A stretch of 61,350 nt of DNA, filler included, from Rhabdomonas costata (Eukaryota), in assembly GCA_019059605.1 (NCBI GenBank). It is 16 parts of 16 records of this genome, joined end to end, with 100 filler letters (N's around TTAATTAATTAA, not from the genome) between each part and the next. Parts side by side here need not be neighbours in the genome. Positions count along the whole stretch, not along the records: positions 38,429 to 42,166 come from JAHMHO010000562.1; positions 42,267 to 46,005 come from JAHMHO010000563.1; positions 46,106 to 49,842 come from JAHMHO010000564.1; positions 49,943 to 53,677 come from JAHMHO010000565.1; 12 more parts are not named here. One strand, 5' to 3'. Below the pieces are notes generated by a model, which did not search any database, had not been told where the DNA came from, and was given only the letters and a program-made list of their open reading frames with translations. Of the stretch, positions 38,807 to 49,947 are shown one piece after another; within the stretch, counting starts at the first letter, position 1; every line of letters starts with the position of its first letter. The position numbers and the translations under genes were made by a program.

Positions 38807-39448
38807 TGCTGTGCGCCGCCACGGCGTTTGCGCTGTACCGAGACCACCCCAAATGGGACGTCCGGCTGGTCACTCCGGCCTCCTGCACGCGAAAGGCACG
38901 CGAAGCAGTGCCAAGGTTAGTGCACCACCTGCACACCAGAGGCCATAGCTGCGCTTTTCTTGACGCATCTCTTCGGAGGAGAAGGAAGCGTTCAAAAAAG
39001 CATTCAATTGGTCAGTGGATACTCCTGTTCCTGTTCTTTTAGTGCAGTATTCTTTGGTATGCTTGCGGCTCCTCGCGGTTGCCTGCTGCTGCAGCTCGCT
39101 TGTGTCCCTGTGCGCAGGATGGTGCTGAACAACGTCCTCACGCTCGTCACCGAGAACAACAGTCACATTGTGATTGGTATATGCCGTTTTTTCTGTGGAC
39201 TTCCATCTGCACACACACACACACATGTCCACACACACAAACACAGATGCACACACATACACTCATGGTGCAGTTTCCCTTACAACGTGATCGTCTCTGT
39301 TTGTTTGCGCTCAGACTTCGAGTGGCGGGATCACTTCAGTATCAAGTGCCGCACGCAGAAGTTTGACGAGTTCTACCAGACCCTCTCCAGCGTCTTTGTG
39401 GGGACGATGGTCACGCTAACCCGCCACCTGCAGCACCACGGAGCACAG
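38807..39448 (+). CDS. DUF506 / PDDEXK_6-like protein; partial, 3 exons
   Basis: Phase-compatible exons 38807-38915, 39118-39176 and 39315-39448 give ...SHIVIDFEWRDHFSIKCRTQKFDEFYQTLSSVFVGTMVTL. This resembles the DUF506 core iVD.dFr.qF.iarpT..Y..l...LP.vFVG...L. Confidence 0.6.
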
Positions 39449-42400
39449 GTTCCCCCCCCCCCAGCGGGCAGGAACCTGTCAACCACTGCCCTTCTTATTT
39501 TGGAAGGAGAGTTCACTAACAAATCTGGCTAAAACACTCGAGATGAGTGGTACTGCGCGCGCGCTCAGGTAGCGGTGGAGGTGTGGATACCCTCCGCGAG
39601 GACTTCGAGCCAGATGTAGATGGCCTTACTTGCTCCAAACCGACGGGAAACACAGGAGGTGGCATTGTTCCGGTAACACCCAGCAATCGATGGCCAAGCT
39701 AGCGTCTCAACATGCACCCTCGCTCTCCCACACAAAACAATGGCGTCAAAGAACAACAGCGAGAACAAAACCACTGCGCACGCCAAAGAACAAAGAGAGT
39801 GATGCAATCAAACCGTGAAGCAAAGAAGTAATCGCAGAAACACCACTCCGCAATCGTTTCCATGCCTCACTCGAGATTAAAAAGGTTTCTGTCATGTCTG
39901 GATGCAGATCCAACACAATTGGGGAACCCCACCTGACAACGCATCTCAATGCTGGAGGGCGGAAGAGGGCGGGGCGGACTGAAGAAGGAAAGCACAGGGG
40001 TACTCAGCATCACTGCAGTGCGGTTTTCAAACGCTCGGGAGGCATTTTGTGCCGTGTGCCGTTGGACGGTGCCCCGGTAAGTTACTCTGCGTGAAAGGTC
40101 GTGACCTTGGGGTGCAAGGAGTGCAAGAATCCTCAGTTTACAGTGTATTTTCGTTTCAGCCTTCATATTTCAGCAACAGAAACCCAGCAGATAAGGAACC
40201 AACTCACGCAGGCTGCGCAGGCACTATCACTTCTGCGTCACGCGGCTGTGCAGGGGATTCTGAGGAAGGTCCAGGGCTGTCCGAAAACACGTCAATCTTG
40301 CTGGTAATAATCTGAAAGGCGGGTCGGACCCACCGCCCACAAGAGCAGGTGATGCCCGCCCAGTTGAAGGAGCCTAGGGTCAGCCCACACTTTGGGCAGT
40401 GAACCTTGCCCTGGGCAGTGAGGGTGTCTGAAAATGCAAGGAAACAAGAATTGGGAAATTAACCGGGGCTGCCTAGCATGCCTAAGGGACAGCTTCAAGA
40501 GGGCACCGGAGTGAGCCGGAATGCTTTCGCTTACAGGAGCCCACGGTGACTGAGGTGATGTCTCGGACTACTGATAAGCCCCTCTCTTTGGAGTTGGGGG
40601 TTGGATGGATTTTTTCCTTTCCCCCTAGATTTCGCTGTGGTGAAAGCAAGGGTGACCTTCACAGCGAAAGGATGGTGGAGTGAAAGCTCGTTAATTGTCA
40701 GGGTGCAAGCCTGCGGAGCGCTCTATCACAGGCTCACCGCCACTGCGCTTTCGCTGGGTCTCTGAAGTCTGAGTCTACCCTGTTTGTGTGTGTGTGTGGG
40801 GGGGGGTATGCGGCAAACAATGTGCCTCTGTGGGTACCTCCAAAGAAGGCATCCTCCTGCAGAAAGATCGATGTGCACTTGTTCGCGGGAGCCTGACCAT
40901 GGCTCTTGCGGGAGAAGGGCTTCGGGTCACTGTCGAGTTCGTCATGAGGCTTCACTCCTGAGGGGAAACGCGCAGAGATAGCTCGCGTACTTGAGTACTT
41001 GCGCAGGCACGGTCTTCTGACCAAAAGTTTCTCCACGTGATAAAAAGGGCATGTCGTGCCCACCGGCAGCACGGTGGGCACAACATGCAAAATCGTCGCG
41101 CTCGTCACTGATGCGAGGGGACTTCACTGAAGGTTAGGCAACACAGGGGTTCACCAGGCGCACAAAGGCAAAGGAATCCAAACGCTCCACCACCACCACC
41201 ACCACCACCATTTCACCACCCACCTGAGGAGCGAAAAAGCACGTGGCGGCAACGTTGGCAGGAGTAGTACTTCGGCCCTAAGGCCGTTCCTGTGGGCTGC
41301 TGCACTGCAATGGGTTGCATCACGAGATGGGGAGCAAAACAAGAATACCAAACCTACAGATCAGAAAAGACGCCCAAAAATATCAGCCAAAATGGAAAGA
41401 GAACAAGATTTAAAAAACGCTTCTCTTGACCGCCTTTACTCATTCATCCTCCATCGACTCAGTCTTTCAAGACCGCGACTGTGCAGCTCTGCTTGGGGCG
41501 TTTGGTTTTCTCTCAAGGGCCAATGTGCGCACTGCACTTCATGTGCAGATTTGATGGACGATATTCTGAGCCTTGAGTCTAGAAGCCACAATCAAAGCAG
41601 CGCATCGTGGGGGCAGCATATCGTGGGGTAACGGAAGGTGTGTCAGTCTTTCTTTTTTCTTTTCTCAGGACAGATACAAGCAGCACTGCCCCGGCTGCTA
41701 AACGAAGGATTCAGGCGCACACCCTTGGGCAGGCCAAGCTGACCCGGCCGACACCAGATCTGAGACTGAAGGCCTGTGCACCCCACCACTATTACAATTA
41801 CTACGCTACTACCTTACTACCATCACGCTTGCGGTTCGAGGTCGACGTTAGATCTCTGGTTCGGTCCGGTCCGGGATAGATAATGGAATACGTCCAAGGA
41901 TTGGAGGAGGCCGGTTAATATTGTTGACAAGAGCAAAGGAGCCGACAAGGAACCCTCACAGCAGCCACAACGAAAGCGAAAGAACATAAAGAACAGATCT
42001 TTTCAAACACAACTGTTTGAAAACAAAAAGGTCAGGGTTCGTAGATTCTCGAGATACTCCCTGTCGAAAGTATAAATCGACAAACGAAAGTAGCATAGTC
42101 AGCACAGTCGGGTTCCTGGTATAAAGATGCAGATAAAGTTAAACCGATAAGCAAACCCACAAAACCNNNNNNNNNNNNNNNNNNNNNNNNNNNNNNNNNN
42201 NNNNNNNNNNTTAATTAATTAANNNNNNNNNNNNNNNNNNNNNNNNNNNNNNNNNNNNNNNNNNNNGTTGTGTTGGTTAGTGGATTTGGTCTTGCGGTTT
42301 GGCTTAGGACTTTGTGGTGATTGGAACGTTTCTATTTATGGTTCGGCCTTCTGGGTTTGTGTTCGTGGTTGTGTGTTGCAGGTTACTTCTCTACGTGTGT

Positions 42401-45291
42401 TGCTGCTACGGTTCTGGTTCTTTATGAGTTGTTGCTTGCGTGGGTTTGTGCGATTTCCTGGGTGTGCGTATTCTTTGCGCTTGGTTTAGGTCCTTCTGCG
42501 TAGGTGTATTCCTTAGTCTCGTTGGTTCTGATGGGCGCGTAAGCTTTGGGTGGGTGTGTTTAGGTGTTATTCGTGGTGTTTCTGGGTTCCATAGCTGTGT
42601 AATTGGTTTCTAGTGGTTTCCATCACATACAGGTGATTCAAATGAGTACATACCATCTATCGCTATAAACAAAGCTCAGTCTACTAGTTCGGATAATTTA
42701 TCTCACAGCAGCATTCGAGCTAACTTGCCTCACTGCGTAAAAGAGCTTTGGTTGAATAGACTATATTGTATTGTTTTTGTCGTTTTCTATTTCTGGAAAT
42801 TTTTCTGTAATGTTGGCTTCAATAACGCTGCATCATCGCCCTGATCATTACCAAGTTGCTCATTTATCCCAACATAATACCACGGCACTCACACCACCAA
42901 GCACTACCAGCCTACGCGCAAAATTTTGGAACCTAGCAGATTTTCAACTTTGAAACAGCGCTACTTGCTTTCCTACCTGCCTACCTATCTAATCATTAAT
43001 CAGCATTCTAATCGTTAATCAGCAAGTTACAGATCATTCAACATTAAACCCGTCACTATCTATCCAGGATTTGTCACATATTTTACACTTATAGCCTTGC
43101 CAGTGCAGCGCAACACTTTTTCTGGCATTAAACAAGCATTCACAGCGGCCTCTTTGCAGTCAGATAAGTAGATTGCATTCTTTGAAGTAGATATCGGCGC
43201 ACTATTGAGCAGAGAGAGACTACATGCAGGACCGCATGGGAACAAAGGCCAAAGGTTATTTCCAAAATCCAGAAATGGATAAGCGTAAAATACAGAGTGA
43301 TGACCTTGGAAGAAGACCTACTGCACCGCAACATGGTGGTTTGCATGGCACACAACGGTGACCGTTAAGTTGTAAGCATGCGTTTTACCAAGGGCAACTG
43401 AAACTTAAGCAAGTGCGGCCACCTAGCAGGTTGACGTATGTGCCGTGCGGATACTGCTTGTTTGGGAGGTTTCCACGGTCATGAAAACCTTAGCATTTTT
43501 CAACTTGCTTTGGATCGCGAAATGGTTGCATTGTAATAATTGTAAAAAGCGCCTACCGAAATGTACTTATCCTGGATAGTCAGAAAAAGGAAAAGTTTTG
43601 TGAAAAAGAACGCCCACTCCGGTCAAATCAATTCATATGGATAGGATGCAGGCATTGGCGTTTGGGAATAGTGCGCGCACTTATACTTGGAAAAATACAG
43701 ACAAAGGCCAGGGGTCATATGAAAGCAAACGCCCAAAATTCTATGACAGGCCCGGGCGGAAACCAAACACGAGGCTGGATAGGAAGAAGTGGGGGAATCA
43801 AATTGGGGGGCACAGTGTCCAAAGGAAGCGGACGGAAGGGCACAGAAGGGCGCGTGGCGCGGGCAAAAAAGGGGGGGAAGTCGCAATTCTCGCGCCAAAG
43901 CGCGGGCAGCGAGAAAAAACAAAGCCCACCACGGAAACGCACGGGGAGAACACCACAGAGAAGAAAGAAAGACGATGCACAAAAACACAGGCACGCGAAG
44001 CGAGAGCAGCTTTTACAAGGGAGCGCCCGGCCGAAAACAAAACGCAAGTCGGCCGGAGGCAAAAACAAAAATGCCGGGGGGGGGCGTGTGCCGGAAAAGC
44101 CTGCCGGCCGGCAGGGTGGAAGAGTGAATGTGGGCATGTGTGGTGGTGGTGAGAATGGGGGTGCTGCGTGTTGCCCTTTCGGCGTGCAGTGCTGCGGGGC
44201 GGTCGCCTCCTCCGCTTCGTGTCTGCTGCGGTGTGTGCAGCGGTTTGTGGGTGTGCCCTTATATTGGCTCGCTTTGGTGATTAAATCTTCAATTCTTCAC
44301 GGTTGGTGGTCAACCTTAGGTACTTATAGACTCGAAAAGAATCCCCTAGGGTTTTCGTCGCCGTGCCCGTTTCGGTTGTTCGCCGCCAGGTTTCAGACAA
44401 GTACACTTTGCCCTTGTAGCGCTTCGTCTGGTAACTTTCTTGCCCGGCTGGCTGTTTGTCTTGTTTCAACTTATGCTCGTCTTTTCTTCCCTTTTGTGCG
44501 TCGGGCATTGTCCAAGTTCGTTCGTTCGTCCGTGGGAAGTTCAAAAGGAATCACGAGAAATTCATTAAAGGGCACACTACAAGTTGTTTAATGTGCCAGT
44601 CCAAATCAATACACACCGATACACATCACCCAGGATACTTGGCCTCCAAGGCTTGCCAAAAAGTCTGCTGCCACTGTGAAAAGAAAGGAACAAAAATTCT
44701 TTTCTGATCTGATCTATTAAAAGGAAAGCAACGGGTTCACGGGTTTGCAAAACGAAAGCTGGCATGTTGCGAAGGACTTCTCGACGAGCTTTTAAATTTC
44801 GAGTTCAGGTTTCTCTTGGCCATTTGGATGTTGCTAAAATTATCAAATGCGCGATAGTGTATTGTCTTTTGAAATTAGAACTGAAAATGGCGAAACTAAA
44901 ACGTGCACAAAAATTCACATGGCTGATGGTTACTACTTTGTCTGGCTTGTTTCCTTTGTCGAGGCATGACTTTTCCTTTTGGTGTCACAACTCTCACCTT
45001 AACATGAAGTGGACCATATTTTCAGGGCTAGTCACTTTGAAAAGGCCTAGAACGCTTTGTAAACCTTTGTATTCTGCTTTTCAGCAGCATCAAAATAATT
45101 CTATATTCACACATAATACTCTGCAAACAACTTCGTCATCATCTCACAATAAAAGTCCAGACCTGGAGGGGCCTTTCACTTCGAAAAATGAGCGTGGGAA
45201 TCAGGGCAGGCGTGAAATGAAAGCCCGACACCAATAACAATCCCGCAATCTTCGACAGCGGAATAGGAAAAGCACAGCATATGCTCCGCAC

Positions 45292-45515
45292 CTGTGCAAA
45301 GTCGTTCTCAATCTTCGCGTTGGAATCCCCGAGTCCCAGCGGGCAAAGCGGAGTCGCCCCCAAATCATTCAGCCGGGCAAAAGTGTCCACCCCGATTTTG
45401 CAGAAGTTCACATAAGTCCGGTCTCCCAGGCCAAACACGGCAAAGGTCAGGTTAGGAAGCTGAACCGCCGAAGGCTGCAACGAATCGAACCAGGTGTAAA
45501 AGTCCTTCGCAGCAT
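45292..45515 (-). CDS. Flavodoxin (FMN-binding) domain exon of a diflavin reductase (cytochrome P450 reductase family)
   Basis: cag|AT...CAG|gtgcgg exon encoding AAKDFYTWF...LPNLTFAVFGLGDRTYVNFCKIG...RLNDLGATPL.PLGLGD....IENDF. Confidence 0.88.
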
Positions 45516-46368
45516 CTGTGACCCCCACGCAGCACAACAGATCAACATCAAAATACGATGACATGAAATAATACGATGGTGAAAACAATAAACTCCAGGA
45601 CATCGACAAATCAAATCCAACAACCAGAATATTTCTCAGATGATGACGAATGCAATCGACGCGAGTTGAGGCAAACGAGAGATGGGCAAAGATGTTGCAA
45701 TAAACCTAGCGGAGTTCCAGGCAACTGAAAGCCGGCTGCTCTGCTGACAGCCTCGGTCAGCTTAACCACAGGGGACTAAGGTCGTCAAACAACGTTGTCT
45801 CATAAAATGTGCACTCTCCAACAGTGCATTTGCTCCTCTATATTCTTCGAAGGAGATCGTCATTCGACGCCTTCCGGAATCAGGAGATCGTCATTCACAC
45901 ACAATCCATCGGGAAACACCATTCAGGGGCACTCGGCAATATCGACGACGCAATTGTGACAAAAGACCTTACGTCCGGCGGCAGACTTCCAGAAATGGGG
46001 TGGAGNNNNNNNNNNNNNNNNNNNNNNNNNNNNNNNNNNNNNNNNNNNNTTAATTAATTAANNNNNNNNNNNNNNNNNNNNNNNNNNNNNNNNNNNNNNN
46101 NNNNNTTGTTGGGGTAGCACAAACGGCCGAGGGGTAAGATGCAGGAAGGCGAAAGGATACACAGAGTGGTCCCTCGAAAGGACGACGAAATCAAAACCAC
46201 AAGCCGTGGAAGCAAGGGGTTGGTGCCAGCAGGGACAGAGCAAAAAGGATCTCCTTATGCCCATTCCCAACTGGCACGGCAATTTCTGCATCTCTTTGAT
46301 AGCTAGAGCAATAGGAGAACTTTGGGAGCTGGAGGGGATGTTGGCAGTCTGGAATGAGGGGAACACAC

Positions 46369-47451
46369 TTTCGCGGGCTTGGGCGACAGCCTCCGCTGCG
46401 GACACATCGACCTGAAAGCAGAGAAAAGGATAAAACCTGAAGCTCACCACAGAGCATCTAGGGATCAAGGGAGCGTTGTTCGATTTGGAAAATGGATTGC
46501 CTCGTCACGTTCACGAAACACCCTCGTCATCCAACCTCCTCACTTTCCTCAGTCATTGTCGCTTTACGGTAGTTGCGGCTGGAGCCTAATACTACGTTTC
46601 TCACCAGGCCCCCAGAAAACCCAAGAGAGAAACAATCTTGCCCTAGCACACAAGCACACATGTGGATTTACTTGTTTTCCGGTCCACATATCCACGTCTG
46701 CCTCTTCCTCCACTACCCCTACCTCATTGGCCTCCAGTCAAAGCTCAACGCAGAAATTTACAGCCTGCGCTCCACGCTCCTGTGTTCACTGTATATATTG
46801 CAGCACGCCTTCAGAGACCAACCACCAAATGGAGACGGGGAGGAGACGGGGTGGAGGAGGGGGAGCTGCGTACCGGAACTCCAGGGTCTTGGTACCCCGT
46901 GGGGCGCTGCACCTTCAGACGGCGGCCGTTAAAGACAAACCCCTGCAGCAGCGCCAGCGCCTTCGTGGCCTGTGCATAACCGGGCAAACCCCAACCCCAA
47001 CAATTGTTCGTGCCATGCCGAGCTACAAGTCACGGGACAAGCTTCCACGAGAGAAACGAAAGGCCTACTACCAGAGAAAGACCAATGGACAAACGGTTGC
47101 TTTACCGGCACCTCTCCGCATGAATTTTGTGGGTGGTTGCAGTCCACTCCGCTTTGCGATTAGGACTGCTGCATTTGCGTGTCTTTGGTCTTGTGAAAGC
47201 GGTCCTAATCGCAACCCCCCTCCCCACGTCACCATCGCAGGTAGGTAGGTAGACAGAACAAATGGAATCGTCTGCCCGAAGGAATAAAAACAAAAGTGTG
47301 GAAGTGAACCATGAATCAATAGCGTCGAGCAACACTCACTCCATGACCCATGAAAAAATACAGAGACTCTCGCTCTCGCGCACCATTTCGATCGTGCAGA
47401 ACTCCACAAAGGCAAACTTGCCACTCAGGTTGACCGCCACGACTGGGTTTC
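46369..47451 (-). CDS. U2AF large-subunit-like RRM protein; internal exons
   Basis: Exons 47451-47384 (GNPVVAVNLSGKFAFVEFCTIEM) and 46969-46874 (ATKALALLQGFVFNGRRLKVQRPTGYQDP) follow U2AF65 RRM1 (GNPVL...FAFLEF...LKIRRP..YQP). A possible further exon is 46411-46369. Confidence 0.75.
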
Positions 47452-48432
47452 CTGAAGGCATGAAAACCGGGGAGAACCCCGACCTCTTGGGTGGCCTGCC
47501 CTTTCCTTCTGCAGCTTGGAAAATGCAGTCCCCATTCTGTCCTTGCGATGCCTCCAAGACAAGAAATTTTCTGATGACCTCAGTGTAGTTACCCTTCCCG
47601 GAACAAATAGGTAATCAAAGTATAACGGAGAGTTGTCCTCCTCTTTGAGGTATGCGTTGTAATTCACCCCGAACACACAGATTCACGTACATATGCATTT
47701 GGAACGTACGGCGGTGAGCCGCTCCCGCACAGCGCCTCCCGCCAGCATCTTTGGCCAACAGCATGCGGCCAGTAGTCGACAGCGGTCACACGCACAGATA
47801 CACAAAAGCCGCGCACGGGCCAGGTGTATCTTCCCAGCTTGGTTTGATGGAGATGAATACGTGTTGTCCTCCCACAACAACAGCATCGAGCATGAGAGCC
47901 ATCGGTTTGAGGACGATGACAGACTGTGCAAGGAATGGTGGGATTTCTCAAAAGTGAGAATCGCATCCGAAATGATAGCTTTGCTTAAATCATTACCTTC
48001 GATGAAAGCAACTCTGACAAAGCGCAAAAGATGCTCTGAGATGTGGATGGATACTGCATCTATGGGATACGCACTGCCGGGCTAGAGCAAGTCTCAGGAT
48101 GCCCTCCACTTTGATTCACCTTGGGTAGATGCATACGAGCAAAATAGCAGTTGTGCAAATTTGCAACTTGTCTGTGACAAGCTCTAGCGGCTAGATATAT
48201 GCGCACAGAACAGTGATACTATTCAGTGGCATCCACCACGACATCCAAAGCACATCACAGGAACCGAGATCTTGTAATGCATCTCGAAATCCTGAAAATA
48301 AGCTGAGACAATGCCCGCGCAGTAGCCCCAATACTATGTGCAAGGCTGAGCGACTGAATTCTTTCACGTACTACTTTAATAAAACATTTCCCACCACCAC
48401 ACTGTGCTGGTGTTTTCGTTTTGTTCTGACAG

Positions 48433-49225
48433 GGACTGTTCAGCTCCCGCCTGCCGAACATCCACAGGGAGAAGAAACAGACCGGAGCAGAGAAGCTCCA
48501 CAACATCCGCGAACTCATCGCGACCCTGGAGTACACTGTGGGGATGCCCCTGCACCACATCGATGCCGAGGCTATTGTCAAGTAATGCTCTCCTCACTTC
48601 CCCACTCTTCCCCCCACCCTACCAAAAAAACCTCTATGGTGGTGTCGGGGAACCTTTGACCTGCTATTCGAAAAACATGACCAATACACGACACTGCTCC
48701 TGAAAGGTGAGTAATGCGATCGTGTTGTTCATCCGAAAATAGTCCAATGAGGCAAGTGGTTTCTAGGTTCGCAAGTGGTTTCTGGAAACCATACAGTGTT
48801 TTGTGTTTTGCCGCACTGGATTATTTGCTGCTTTGTGGTGAACAAAAACAGACCATGGCACAGAACAAACGTTTCGCAGCTTCTGCCCATTCCAGGGCAC
48901 AGTTTTCCACTGTGGTTGAGGTCCGACACCCTGGCATGCATCTGCGTGTCTGTGTGCCCATTTGTTCCCATTTGTGCAACTGACGTTCCATGTGCAACCA
49001 ACCGCTGTGCCGTGTTCTGGTGACTTCTCCTTTGCCATCATCCGCACCCACCTTCCCCAAGCTCTTCGGTGTTGTTATGCTTGGTGCTTTTTTGTGGTAG
49101 CGGGGATGCCAAGCAGTTGTGCCTGCTGATCCAAGTCCTAAAGGAGCTCTGTGGTGTAGTGGAAGAGCGCCGACGTGCAGCAGAGCCTCGCCGGCGCCGT
49201 CCCCCTACCCCGGTGCCCCCCGCAG
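48433..49225 (+). CDS. CEP95-like (calponin-homology-like, DUF5745) protein; internal exons
   Basis: Exons 48433-48581 and 49101-49225 give LPNIHREKKQTGAEKLHNIRELIATLEYTVGMPLHHIDAEAIVNGDAKQLCLLIQVL. This resembles the HN....I..L......L.HI..E.IV.GD...I..LL pattern. Confidence 0.65.
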
Positions 49226-49947
49226 GTGGTTTGTTTTTCCTTCACCAGGCAGCGAAATGGCGTGCTGTTTTAACCATTTCTTGGTGTTGTCATATCACTG
49301 AATGGGCGATCCCTACCTTGGGGTAGTTGTGGAGACTTTTGGGTGATATCATTTGATCTGCGCTACAAATCGCCTTCGCTTCATGCCCGCTGTGCAAGTT
49401 TGGATTTTGGAGAGACAGGACTGGAAAAGCTTTAAGCTGGTGGCTTCAAACACGAGACGGAGAATCTGGGCGGGTCTTGGCCTTTGGTTGTCGTTTCGCA
49501 TCCAGTGGTTTTGTACGGAAATCTTTCTCTGCCCATCTCGGAGGAAGGAGTTTTCTCGATACACCTTCCTTATTCCACCAAAGTGTCCGAACCGCATCTT
49601 ACCGGCACTTCTACAAATCGTGAGGAGCAGAGGGAGGGGGAAGTGTCAGACCCCAAGATGAATTTACCCGCTTCTGGTGAACGAACGTACCACTGGTTTC
49701 ATGCATTAGGGTTCAGGGCCCCACCTGGCAGGAAGGCTGGAGTTGGTTTTGCTGTGGTGAAAGCAAGGGCGACCCTTGCAAAGAAAGGAAATCCCGGGGT
49801 TTGAGACAGCCAGCATGGCAGCTACGGCAACCCCAACCCTCCNNNNNNNNNNNNNNNNNNNNNNNNNNNNNNNNNNNNNNNNNNNNTTAATTAATTAANN
49901 NNNNNNNNNNNNNNNNNNNNNNNNNNNNNNNNNNNNNNNNNNTGCAG

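Noticed and set aside
43637-44591. Long ORFs of 171-309 aa
   Set aside because: They arise from purine/pyrimidine-skewed low-complexity sequence with few stops, and no domain is recognisable.
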